Origin: an uncultured bacterium
GTDB lineage: Bacteria > Verrucomicrobiota > Verrucomicrobiia > Verrucomicrobiales > DEV007
Assembly (NCBI GenBank): GCA_963977015.1
Contig: CAXBMO010000005.1
Location: 32,001 to 96,000 of the forward strand
Length of the DNA: 64,000 bases
Direction: 5' to 3'
Both the position numbers and the translations under genes were made by a program. The notes beneath the pieces were generated by a model that was not told the origin of the DNA, made no database searches, and saw nothing but the letters and a program-made list of their open reading frames with translations. Position 1 is the stretch's first letter. Each line of letters opens with the position of its first letter. Below, piece by piece: positions 1 to 9,201 of the stretch.

Positions 1-1143
1 CCGGTTGGCGCAGGATACAGCGGACCGACGGTCGCGGGAGACCATGTGTATCTGATGGACCGCGGGCCGGCAGGAAACCGAGCTCAGCTTGAGCGAATCG
101 TCTGTGTCGACCGAAAGACCGGCGCCCAATCCTGGGTTCACACCTATCCCTGCGTTTACTCCGACATCGGCTATGCGTATGGGCCTCGGGCAAGTGTCAC
201 CATTCGAGATGGCAAAGCCTGGGCGCTCGGAACAATGGGGCATCTTCATTGCCTGGATGCAAAAACCGGGTCCGTGATTTGGGCTCATGATTTGCGGCAG
301 AACTACACGGTTGACCTCCCCATTTGGGGACTCACGGCGTCTCCACTCGTGGTCGGCGACGTGGTGGTCGTCCAACTTGGCGCCATGGCCGACAACGCCT
401 GTGTCGTGGCGTTTGAGAAAGACACCGGCAAGGAAGTCTGGCGCGCGTTTGACGACAAGGCATCCTACGTTTCGCCGATCATGATTCGGCAGGGAAAAAC
501 CGACGTGATGGTCGTCTGGACGGGCTTTCGAATTGCGGGAATGAATCCGGCTGATGGGAGTGTCTATTGGGAACTCCCGACTCGTCCTGCCAAAATGCCG
601 ATCAACGTTCCCGGTCCGGCGCTCAACGAGGATGGCACGCTCATGTTTTTGTCCGTTTTCTATGATGGTTCGCGAATGATCGAACTCGATCCGGACAAGC
701 CTGCGGCCAAGGAACTCTGGCATCGTCAGGGAATCAACGAACGCAAGACCGACGCACTTCATTGCATGATCAGCCCGCCGTATCTTGCCGATGGCTACGT
801 CTTCGGAATCGACAGCTATGGCCAAATGCGTTGCCTCGATCCCAAGACCGGTGACCGAATCTGGGAAGACCAAACGGCAGTTCCCTATGGGCGCTGGGGC
901 ACAGCTTTCATGGTCAGAAACGGAGACCAAACCTGGATGCTCAACGAACGCGGCCAACTCATTATCGCCCGTCTGACGGAAAAAGGGTATGAGGAAATTG
1001 ATCGCGCGAATTTGATCGAGCCGACGACCCCGCTCAACCAGCGAAAGGAAGGCACCGTTCTCTGGTCTCATCCGGCCTTTGCCGGGACCCAGATTTTTGC
1101 GCGAAACGATCGCGAACTGATCTGCGTTGAGCTTGCTGAATAA
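1..1143 (+). CDS. PQQ-binding-like beta-propeller (BamB-like repeat) protein, 5'-partial
   Basis: Frame is open from base 1 (PVGAGYSGPTVAGDHVYLMD...). Repeated 'CLDAKTG..W' blades and a C-terminal 'WSHPAF...IFARNDRELICV' typical of PVC propeller proteins. Confidence 0.85.
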   Translation, partial: PVGAGYSGPTVAGDHVYLMDRGPAGNRAQLERIVCVDRKTGAQSWVHTYPCVYSDIGYAYGPRASVTIRDGKAWALGTMGHLHCLDAKTGSVIWAHDLRQNYTVDLPIWGLTASPLVVGDVVVVQLGAMADNACVVAFEKDTGKEVWRAFDDKASYVSPIMIRQGKTDVMVVWTGFRIAGMNPADGSVYWELPTRPAKMPINVPGPALNEDGTLMFLSVFYDGSRMIELDPDKPAAKELWHRQGINERKTDALHCMISPPYLADGYVFGIDSYGQMRCLDPKTGDRIWEDQTAVPYGRWGTAFMVRNGDQTWMLNERGQLIIARLTEKGYEEIDRANLIEPTTPLNQRKEGTVLWSHPAFAGTQIFARNDRELICVELAE

Positions 1144-1187
1144 GGGGGCCAAACAGCCCAGGCTCGATTAGCTCCAGGGTTCAAAAG

Positions 1188-2354
1188 TCAGGCGTGGTGA
1201 TCACGAATTCCACCACTCAAGGCGAACTGAAGATGCGGGGAATACAGCCCCGGCTCGAGCAGGAACGAATCGTGCCCTTTCTCTGAATGCACGGTAATAT
1301 GCATGGAAGGAACATCCGCTTTCTTGAGCGCCCTCGCCAGGTGCAGTTGCTGATCCGGATAAAAGCAGACGTCGGAGTCGATGCTGAAAACGAGCCATTG
1401 CTGCTCCTTACTCTTAGCGAAAAGGTCTTTCGCCGTTGTCGTCTGGGTGTCGTGAAAGGGGTCAAACTTCTGCCAAACCTCCAAAACCCGGAGATAGGTG
1501 TTTGCGTCAAATCGATTTACGAATTTGAGCCCGTGATGCAAGAGATAGGATTCCAGCGGGCTTTCCACCTTGTACCAGGCCAAGGCATCGTCGAACTTCG
1601 CCACATCGCGGCGAGCACGGCGCTCCATCGTCTTCAAACTTACAAACGTCTTGTGGCTGATCATCCGCGCCAGCGCCAGGCCACGATTCGGCGGCTCACC
1701 GTCGTAATAATCGCCTCCATTGAAGTTTTGATCGTTCTCAATCGCCAGCACCTGCTCAAAAATCACGATTTTCTGGAGTAGCGAAATCTCCAGGGCGCTG
1801 GCCAATGAAACCACAATCCCGACACGGTCCGGAAACAGAGTGGCAAAACTCAAACTCAACAATCCGCCAATCGAAGATCCAATCACCGCCTTCAACTTGT
1901 CGATCCCCAGCGCGTCCAATATCTGAGCCTGAGAGCGCACAATATCCGCCGCGCCAACGCTGGGGAAGGTGGAACCGTAAGGCTTTCCGGTATCCGGCGA
2001 GATGGAAGCCGGTCCCGAAGATCCATAACATCCTCCCAGGTAATTCGCGCAAATCACAAAGTGCTTATTGGTATCAATGGCCTTGCCCGGGCCAACAAAT
2101 GCATCCCACCATCCAAGGTGACATTCCTCACTCCACCACGGACAGTCTCCCGGCCCCTCGGGATTGATTCCGGTCAGGTGTTGCGTCCCGGAGAGCGCGT
2201 GAAAGACCAGGATCGCGTTGTCTTTCGCCGCATTGAGTTCTCCGTAGGTTTGATAGGCAACACCAAGATCGCGGAGCGATTCTCCATTGCTGAGCTGAAA
2301 ATCGCCACCGTCGTTGAGCTTCAGATAATGCGTTTGGAAGTCGTTTTCGATCAT
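1188..2354 (-). CDS. metX: Homoserine O-acetyltransferase
   Basis: Motifs HALSG, GWWD..VGPGKAIDT, GSSIGG nucleophile elbow, SIDSD, GHDSFL. Start re-picked at ATG 2354 (MIEND) because the longer ORF overlaps the upstream gene. Confidence 0.92.
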   Translation of the reverse strand: MIENDFQTHYLKLNDGGDFQLSNGESLRDLGVAYQTYGELNAAKDNAILVFHALSGTQHLTGINPEGPGDCPWWSEECHLGWWDAFVGPGKAIDTNKHFVICANYLGGCYGSSGPASISPDTGKPYGSTFPSVGAADIVRSQAQILDALGIDKLKAVIGSSIGGLLSLSFATLFPDRVGIVVSLASALEISLLQKIVIFEQVLAIENDQNFNGGDYYDGEPPNRGLALARMISHKTFVSLKTMERRARRDVAKFDDALAWYKVESPLESYLLHHGLKFVNRFDANTYLRVLEVWQKFDPFHDTQTTTAKDLFAKSKEQQWLVFSIDSDVCFYPDQQLHLARALKKADVPSMHITVHSEKGHDSFLLEPGLYSPHLQFALSGGIRDHHA

Positions 2355-2455
2355 TTCTAGGTTTTGGGGCAGCGAAAGTAGGGCAAAGGCCGTTGCCTTG
2401 CCAAAGCTTTCGGTGTCATACATCGACTGAGGTTCGGTGAAAGCACGGCACGAAC

Positions 2456-3304
2456 CTAAGCCTCCGAAGTATTGCGGGGAGGCAGCTTGTTGCCACAATC
2501 CCGGCAATACCGCGCACTTTCCAGGTGACCGGCCGATCCGCACTCACCGCATTCGCGATCATCGAGCTTGGATTGTCTGCTGATCTCAGCTCCAACAATC
2601 CCGGTAGGCACTGCAATGATGCCATAGCCAATGATCATCATGACAGCGGAAAGCACCTGACCAGCCGACGTCTGCGGAGTGATATCACCGTATCCTACCG
2701 TGGTAATGGTCACGATGGCCCAATAAACCGACCGGGGAATACTGACAAATCCACCCGCATAATCCGGATCATAGGTCGCCCCTTCAATCAGATAGAGAAA
2801 CGTCCCGAAAATCATCACCAGGGTAAGCACCGCGAAGAGAAATACCGTGATTTTTGGTCGGCTCGCGCGCAACGCATTCATCAGGAGCCTCGCCTCCCCC
2901 ATGTGGCGGACCATCTTGAAAACGCGGAACATCCGAAGCACCCGCAAGACCCGAATCACCACGAGTTGTTCGGCCCCGTAGACCACCAGCGAGAGATAAG
3001 TCGGGAGGATCGAGAGCAAATCGACAAGCCCGAAAAAGCTGAACATGTAGCGCAGCGGCTGGCGGCTCACGCAAATGCGTGTCAAATACTCAATCGTAAA
3101 GAGGATGGTGAAAAACCACTCTGCAGCGTCGAGCTGAATGCCGTATTGCTCTCGTACGCCCTTCATGCTGTCGAGCATGACGACGCCAATGCTGAACCCG
3201 ATCAGCCAGAGAAGCGCGATGTCAAAGTTTCGGGAAGCGCCGCTATCCGAGAGAAAGATGATTCTCCAAAGCCGCTCCCTGAGACTGTTTTTCTTGTCGT
3301 CCAT
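2456..3304 (-). CDS. Six-TM potassium channel (ion transporter) with C-terminal zinc ribbon
   Basis: TTVGYGD selectivity filter, S4-like RVLRVLRMFRVFK, C-terminal CGEC...CRDC. Confidence 0.93.
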   Translation of the reverse strand: MDDKKNSLRERLWRIIFLSDSGASRNFDIALLWLIGFSIGVVMLDSMKGVREQYGIQLDAAEWFFTILFTIEYLTRICVSRQPLRYMFSFFGLVDLLSILPTYLSLVVYGAEQLVVIRVLRVLRMFRVFKMVRHMGEARLLMNALRASRPKITVFLFAVLTLVMIFGTFLYLIEGATYDPDYAGGFVSIPRSVYWAIVTITTVGYGDITPQTSAGQVLSAVMMIIGYGIIAVPTGIVGAEISRQSKLDDRECGECGSAGHLESARYCRDCGNKLPPRNTSEA

Positions 3305-3481
3305 TGGTGGGGAGTGACATGGTCCTCACCCACGATCTTGTCAAACCGACGACACATCGCGGGAAACGAGGTCGCTGAACCGGGCGAGACTGTAGATTGA
3401 ATCGTAGGGAAAGCATTCCGCGTGACCACGCATTTGGTGGCCACGCGAAGAAAGTAACGAACGAGCGTCAGGAGCCCCTGC

Positions 3482-4111
3482 TCACCCTTTGGCGAGGTAC
3501 TGGGAAGTGCTCTCGTGCGTTGGCTTCATGGCATCTTTGCCTTTCTCCCAATTCATCGGGCAGACTTCGCCATGTTCCTCAAAATGCTGAAGAGCGTCAA
3601 CGACCCGCAACGCCTCTGAGATCGAACGGCCAAGAGGAAAGTTGTTCACGAGCTGGTGCTGAACCACACCCTCTTTATCAATCAGGAAAAGGCCGCGATA
3701 CGCGATCAATTCACCATCGACCGACAGATCTCCGTCCTCATCGATGTCGTATTCGCCTGCAAGAACGTCATAAGCGAAGGAGACCGTCTTGTTGGTATCG
3801 GCGACGATCGGGTAGGAAACGCCAGCGATACCGCCTTGATCGCGAGGAACCTGGAGCCATCCCCAGTGAGAGAACTCCGTGTCCGTCGAACAACCGACAA
3901 CCTGGACATCCCGGTCTTCGAATTCCTTCAAGGAATCCTGAAACGCGTGCAGTTCAGTTGGGCAGACAAAGGTGAAGTCCTTTGGGTAGAAAAAGAGAAC
4001 GACGTACTTTTTACCAAGATACTGGTCAAGCGAGAAATTCTCTTCGATTGCGCCATCAACAACGGCTGCACAGGAAAATGAAGGGGCGGCTTTGCCTACA
4101 AGAACGGACAT
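3482..4111 (-). CDS. ahpC: 2-Cys peroxiredoxin (AhpC/Prx1)
   Basis: FYPKDFTFVCPTE peroxidatic motif, GGI motif, GEVCP resolving Cys. Confidence 0.95.
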   Translation of the reverse strand: MSVLVGKAAPSFSCAAVVDGAIEENFSLDQYLGKKYVVLFFYPKDFTFVCPTELHAFQDSLKEFEDRDVQVVGCSTDTEFSHWGWLQVPRDQGGIAGVSYPIVADTNKTVSFAYDVLAGEYDIDEDGDLSVDGELIAYRGLFLIDKEGVVQHQLVNNFPLGRSISEALRVVDALQHFEEHGEVCPMNWEKGKDAMKPTHESTSQYLAKG

Positions 4112-4170
4112 GATAAGAAATGATTAGGGATAAGTTAGACTTGCGCGGAACTTGAACAATCTGGGGGCTT

Positions 4171-4176
4171 TGTCAA
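4171..4176 (-). promoter_or_regulatory. Putative sigma70 -35 box (TTGACA) upstream of ahpC
   Basis: Perfect TTGACA on the minus strand about 60 nt upstream of the start. The -10 match is weak (CAAGTT). Confidence 0.4.
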
Positions 4177-4245
4177 CATCTCACCAACGGTAGTAACCCG
4201 GTCCCCAAAGTGACCCATCCCGCACCAACTCCCCCAAATTTGGGG

Positions 4246-4274
4246 TTGACGGAATTGATGGTCCGGGGTATCGG
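4246..4274 (+). promoter_or_regulatory. Putative promoter of the small basic protein gene
   Basis: TTGACG-17 nt-TATCGG, followed by a leader hairpin (gccagaag/ttttctggc). Confidence 0.35.
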
Positions 4275-4330
4275 ACACGCCCGCCAGAAGACCTCTTTTC
4301 TGGCGCCTTAAGCATTTACTTCATTTCCCC

Positions 4331-4543
4331 ATGCCTCTCGGTCGCAAATACAACAAGAAGAACATGACTCGCCCCACGAAGGGTGGCGGCAAAAAGCGTC
4401 GTCGGCAGAATCTGCATCGCAAGCGCTTGATCGCGCTCGGAGTCAGTGAGGAAGTCGTCAACAAGATGAACCCACGCGACGTCCGCACGAAGCTGAAGTA
4501 TCCGGCGAAAGTTGCCGCTGAGGTTGCTGCGGCTAAAAAGTAG
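4331..4543 (+). CDS. Small, very basic (K/R-rich) hypothetical protein
   Basis: 70-aa ORF filling the gap between divergent ahpC and convergent uxaA. K/R-rich N-terminus, helical C-terminus, own promoter-like signal. Confidence 0.8.
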   Translation: MPLGRKYNKKNMTRPTKGGGKKRRRQNLHRKRLIALGVSEEVVNKMNPRDVRTKLKYPAKVAAEVAAAKK

Positions 4544-4554
4544 CCCGGCTCTTT

Positions 4555-6195
4555 CTACAGCGAAACGCCCCGTTTCCACGGGAGGAAGTCATCCTGCGCC
4601 AACCGAACTGCGCAGGGACTGTATTCGCCACTCGCGGTTTGGAGGGCAAGCTCGAGCAGCTTTTCGCCGACCTCCGCAATGGTTGCTTCACCGCGAATCA
4701 CCGCTCCAGCATCGAAGTCGATGATGTCGGTCATGCGTTTTGCCAACTGACTGTTTGTCGCAACCTTGAGGGTCGGAACAATGGGATTACCGGTCGGAGT
4801 GCCCAATCCGGTCGAAAAAAGCATCAGGTTCGCCCCCGCCCCCGCCATCGCCGTCGTCGATTCCACATCGTTTCCAGGCGTGCAAAGCAGTGTCAATCCG
4901 TCGCGTCGCACCGCCTCCGGATAATCGAGCACATCACGAACCGGGCTCGTTCCTCCTTTTTTGGCCGCCCCGGCTGACTTGATGGCGTCAGTGATGAGGC
5001 CATCGGCAATATTTCCCGGGGAAGGATTCATGTGAAGCGCGGATCCCGTTTCTTCGGCCCGTTTCTCATAGCGCCTCATCAACTCGGCAAAACGCTCGGC
5101 GCTGGCATTGTCGACACATCGATCGAGAAGCTCCTGCTCAACCCCACAAAGCTCGGGAAACTCCGAGAGAATGGTTCGCCCCCCCAATTGAACGATCAAA
5201 TCCGACACCTGGCCAATGGCGGGATTCGCTGAAATGCCGGAAAAGCCATCAGAGGCTCCGCATTCCATGCCGAACGTGAGCTTCGTCAGCGGCGCGTCCT
5301 CCCGCTCGAGGCGGTTCGCCTGCTCCAATCCGACAAAAAGTCGCTTCAACGCCTCGGCCAACATCGTTTGTTCCGATGGATAGCTTTGTTGGGTGAAAAT
5401 GTGGAGCGGCCGGTCAAAACCTGGGCATCGCCTCTCAATCTCGCTTTCGAGTTTGGACACTTCCGCATTCTGACATCCCAGACTCAACACCGTCGCACCG
5501 GCGACATTCGGGTGCGTGATATAACCGGCCAACAGACCGCAGAGAGCGTCGGAATCGCCGCGCGTCCCGCCGCACCCGATGCCGTGAGTCAAAAACTTTA
5601 CGCCATCGATGTTGGGAAAGAGCCGCTCGCCGGCATCGCCCTCCTGAGGCAACGGCTCCGCCAACAAATCAGCTTCAGCGGCGCCCCCGCGTTTCAATTC
5701 CGCCAAACGTCCCACGAGTCTGGCGTAATGGCTGGTGCGATCATATCCAAGAGCCTCGCTCAACGCCTCGCGCATGACGTCCAAATTGCGGTTCTCGCAA
5801 AAAACCATTGGAACCACGATCCAGTAGTTGGCGGTCCCAACCTGCCCGTTGCTCCGATGATACCCCTTGAACGTCCGCCCCGAGAATCTGGTAACATCCG
5901 GCCCCTTCCACTCGATCTTTCGATCGGGACGAATCTCAAATCCTTCCGCATCATGGCTCAGATTCTCCGTTGTGATCCGTTCCCCCGCTGAAATCGGCTT
6001 CGTCGCAGCCCCCACCACCACGCCATACATCTTGATGCGATCGCCCTGCTGAAAATCCTGAAGCGCGACCTTGTGCTTGGCGGCAACTTTTTCTCGAACG
6101 ATCAATCCTTCGAAGATTTCGCCTCCCGGTTCCAAATTCTGCAAGGCGACGGCGACATTGTCGCGAGGATCGATTCGGAGGGCGTTTTTCGTCAT
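4555..6195 (-). CDS. uxaA: Altronate dehydratase (UxaA/GarD family)
   Basis: N-terminal SAF domain (DNVAVAL..HKVAL), GCG, LGCQ, ECGASDGFSG, TGLGTPTG. Start placed at MTKNAL. Confidence 0.9.
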   Translation of the reverse strand: MTKNALRIDPRDNVAVALQNLEPGGEIFEGLIVREKVAAKHKVALQDFQQGDRIKMYGVVVGAATKPISAGERITTENLSHDAEGFEIRPDRKIEWKGPDVTRFSGRTFKGYHRSNGQVGTANYWIVVPMVFCENRNLDVMREALSEALGYDRTSHYARLVGRLAELKRGGAAEADLLAEPLPQEGDAGERLFPNIDGVKFLTHGIGCGGTRGDSDALCGLLAGYITHPNVAGATVLSLGCQNAEVSKLESEIERRCPGFDRPLHIFTQQSYPSEQTMLAEALKRLFVGLEQANRLEREDAPLTKLTFGMECGASDGFSGISANPAIGQVSDLIVQLGGRTILSEFPELCGVEQELLDRCVDNASAERFAELMRRYEKRAEETGSALHMNPSPGNIADGLITDAIKSAGAAKKGGTSPVRDVLDYPEAVRRDGLTLLCTPGNDVESTTAMAGAGANLMLFSTGLGTPTGNPIVPTLKVATNSQLAKRMTDIIDFDAGAVIRGEATIAEVGEKLLELALQTASGEYSPCAVRLAQDDFLPWKRGVSL

Positions 6196-6300
6196 TGGGC
6201 GTTGAGCGTTCGAGAAGAACATTTTTCAGCAGGAAGCTGATCCAATATTCTTACCTCTTTCTATTCGGTTCAGACTTCATTTTTTGCTAGTCTTCAATTT

Positions 6301-7014
6301 ATGAAAGCTGGGATTTCGTGTTTTCTGCCTTTCCTTTTCGCGGTTTCGATCGTTGCCGAGGAAAGTTATCGCACCTTTACCGATACCGAAGGAAGGAGCA
6401 TCGAGGCGATGCCTTCCATGATGAGCGGCAATTCCATTATCGTGAAGTTGAAGAACGGGCGGACCTACACCATTCCCGTCAACAAACTGAGTCCTCCCGA
6501 TCAACAGTTCGTGGCGAAGTGGAAGGAGACCGCGCCGAAGCCAATTCCCAGAATGATCGTCGATTTTACTTCCGGACGCCGAAACGAAGGCGAAAAAGGC
6601 TTCTCAGATCTCCGCATCGAAACGCTTTCGCCAAAGGTGAAAGTCGTGAATCAGGATTCGCGCTACGAAATTGAAAAGGCAAAGGCGACCTACTTTGCCT
6701 TTGGCAAGCACATTGCGGCTCGGAATAACCTGAAGGTGCTGCAAAAAGCATCGTTCGTATTCTCCCTCAAACCGGGCGAGACGATAGAACACGCCGGCAA
6801 GACGATTCAACACCAATACGACGACGAGTATGTCAAATATGGCTACAAATATACGGGCTACCTCGTCGTGCTTCAGGACTCCAATGGAAAAGTGGTCCAA
6901 TCGATTGGGAGTACGGGATTCGAGAAGTTTGCGGAGATGGCGCTTCCCTTGTCCCAGGATGCCATCATCGATCGCAAATTTCAGCCCGCAGAGGACCCTG
7001 GTTACATCTACTGA
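6301..7014 (+). CDS. Secreted hypothetical protein with N-terminal SHD1-like domain
   Basis: Signal peptide followed by RTFTDTEGRSIEA...IPVNKLSPPDQQFV, a module common in PVC secreted proteins. Confidence 0.7.
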   Translation: MKAGISCFLPFLFAVSIVAEESYRTFTDTEGRSIEAMPSMMSGNSIIVKLKNGRTYTIPVNKLSPPDQQFVAKWKETAPKPIPRMIVDFTSGRRNEGEKGFSDLRIETLSPKVKVVNQDSRYEIEKAKATYFAFGKHIAARNNLKVLQKASFVFSLKPGETIEHAGKTIQHQYDDEYVKYGYKYTGYLVVLQDSNGKVVQSIGSTGFEKFAEMALPLSQDAIIDRKFQPAEDPGYIY

Positions 7015-7104
7015 ACCCCGGTTTGAGCGATTCTCTTCGCTGGGTCTTGAAAATTCAGTCATGCGTGGGATTATTTCCAGCTTAACCCCCACAAACCCTA
7101 CTTC

Positions 7105-8298
7105 GTGCTGATTCGCGCCTTTTTTCTGAGTGCTTTTGCCTCGCTTTTCCCTCTCCTCGCATCTGCTGAGCTTCCAGCTTCCGCCAAGGCCCACGCCATT
7201 CTTCGAGGAACCTACGAAAACTCCCAAATTCGCTTCGAGCGAGAAAAGAAAGGCCACGTGGTCTTTCTGGGTGGATCCATCACGGAAAACAAATCGGGGC
7301 ATACCCAGATGATTCCGGCTTGGCTGGAAGAGCGATTCCCCGAAACGGAGTTTCAATTCGTCAACGCGGGGATTGCTTCAACCTGTTCGACCAGTGGCGC
7401 GTTTCGACTGCAAGATCACGCTTTGGCAACCGGTCCCGTTGACCTTCTCATCGTGGAATTCGCCGTCAATGACGATCAGGACGCGAATCATGCAAAGCGG
7501 GAGGCGCTTCGGGGAATGGAGGGAATCATCCAGCATACCCGATCCCACAATCCCGCCGCTGACATTCTCGTCATTCATTATGTGAATCCCCCGATCCTGG
7601 AGAAACTGCAAAACGGTGAAGCCGTGACCAGTGTTTCAGCTCATGAATCCGTTGCCGAGCGCTACGAGTTAGCCTCCGTCAATGTTGGGGCGGCGTTGGC
7701 TGCTGGAGCAATGACCTGGGAGACCTACGGCGGAACGCATCCGAAAAAGCCCGGCTATCGACTGGCATCAGACATGGCGATTTCGGTTTTGGAGAAGGCC
7801 TGGTCAGAGCCGGTTTCGGAAGATGCCACCATCATCGACTTTCCCGCCCCAATGCCCATGGATCCCGGCAGCTACAACAACGGGAGCTTTATCGATCCGA
7901 CCGAAGCGGACTGGATGGGAGGTTGGACGACCGGCCATGTCAGCAAAAAGCTGCTTCCCTCCGGAGGCATTCGCGAGCGTTACAAGGCATGGGACATCAC
8001 CGTGGCGGAAAAAGCCGGTTCCATGATGACGCTCAATTTTCGCGGATCCGCGATTGGGGCGTTTGTCCTGGCGGGGCCTGATGCCGCAAAGCTGGAGGCC
8101 AGTGTCGATGCCGGGGATTGGAAGCCCGTCGAGCTTTATCACCACCACAGCAAAGGTCTGAACTACCCCAGAACCGCCATGTTTTTCACGGATCTCCCAT
8201 TGGGGAACCACCAATTATCACTTCGAGTCGCACAACGCCCGGAAGGTCAGCCTGGAGGTGAGCGCGCCGCGATTCTGAAATTTGTCGTCGATGAATAA
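7105..8298 (+). CDS. Secreted SGNH/GDSL hydrolase with C-terminal beta domain
   Basis: FLGGSIT block I, NAGI, EFAVND, GTHP. GTG start and signal peptide. Confidence 0.85.
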   Translation: MLIRAFFLSAFASLFPLLASAELPASAKAHAILRGTYENSQIRFEREKKGHVVFLGGSITENKSGHTQMIPAWLEERFPETEFQFVNAGIASTCSTSGAFRLQDHALATGPVDLLIVEFAVNDDQDANHAKREALRGMEGIIQHTRSHNPAADILVIHYVNPPILEKLQNGEAVTSVSAHESVAERYELASVNVGAALAAGAMTWETYGGTHPKKPGYRLASDMAISVLEKAWSEPVSEDATIIDFPAPMPMDPGSYNNGSFIDPTEADWMGGWTTGHVSKKLLPSGGIRERYKAWDITVAEKAGSMMTLNFRGSAIGAFVLAGPDAAKLEASVDAGDWKPVELYHHHSKGLNYPRTAMFFTDLPLGNHQLSLRVAQRPEGQPGGERAAILKFVVDE

Positions 8299-9199
8299 CC
8301 CCACGCTCTGCGCCCTTGTCATCGCATCGCTTTCCCTCGGGACAAGTCATGCGGAACCTTTCCAGTTTCAAAACGACGACCTGGTCGTGATGCTGGGAAA
8401 TACCTTTGTCGAACGCGCTCAGCAAACCGGCCACATCGAAACCCAGCTCACGTTGGCGGCCGGAGATAAAACGGTGAGATTCCGCAACCTCGCCTGGAGC
8501 GGCGACACGGTTTACGGAACTGCCCGCTCCTATTTTGGCCCGCCTCAGGAAGGCTTCGACCGGTTGTCCAAGCAGATGAGCGAACTTCAGCCCAACGTGG
8601 TGTTGATCAACTACGGCGCGGTCGCGGCCTTTGAAGGAAGTGAGGGAATCGCCGATTTTTTGAAGGGATACAATCGGCTCCTGGATATGATTTACGAGAA
8701 GTCCGTTCCTCGAGAGCTGGTTTTGATCTCCCCTGCCCCGGCGGAAAACCTGGGGGCACCTCTCCCTGACCAAACGGAACACAACCGCAGGCTGGCCCTT
8801 TATCGGGATGCGATCCGCGATCTAGCGAAAGCTCGAAACGCCCGTTTTCTGGATCTCTTCGGTTCCGTCATTTCCGATGCGAGTCTCACGACGAACGGAA
8901 TTCACTATTCTCCCGAAGGATACGAGTACATCGCGCCTCTTTTCGCCAAGGAATTGGGCCTGAAGCCTGTCGACCCGGCTCAACTCAACGAAAACGCGGT
9001 CGAAAGGCTTCGCCAAAAGGTCGTCGAAAAGAACCGGCTTTATTTCCATCGATGGCGCCCCGCCAACGAGACGTATCTCCATCTCTTCCGCAAACACGAG
9101 CAAGGGCAGAATGCACGCGAGCTCTCCTTGTTCGAGCCCTTGGTCGAAGCCAGGGAAATTGAGATCCAGGTTTTCAAGCAACTCGTCCTTTCCAAGTAA
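8291..9199 (+). CDS. Secreted SGNH/GDSL-fold protein (GNT variant)
   Basis: LGNTFVER, FRNLAWSGD, TTNGIH. Start overlaps the previous stop, consistent with translational coupling. Confidence 0.85.
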   Translation: MNNPTLCALVIASLSLGTSHAEPFQFQNDDLVVMLGNTFVERAQQTGHIETQLTLAAGDKTVRFRNLAWSGDTVYGTARSYFGPPQEGFDRLSKQMSELQPNVVLINYGAVAAFEGSEGIADFLKGYNRLLDMIYEKSVPRELVLISPAPAENLGAPLPDQTEHNRRLALYRDAIRDLAKARNARFLDLFGSVISDASLTTNGIHYSPEGYEYIAPLFAKELGLKPVDPAQLNENAVERLRQKVVEKNRLYFHRWRPANETYLHLFRKHEQGQNARELSLFEPLVEAREIEIQVFKQLVLSK

Positions 9200-9201
9200 T
9201 C

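Noticed and set aside
2355-2455. SAM-type riboswitch upstream of metX
   Set aside because: Only a simple hairpin (GGCAAGGC-AACG-GCCUUUGCC) and a short CAACGGC resemblance are present. The conserved cores of the SAM-I, SAM-II and SAM/SAH classes were not found.
4331-4543. Identity with the known PVC signature small basic protein
   Set aside because: It lacks the motifs I recall for that family (RNVLxRxER, GLPKV), so it is left unassigned.
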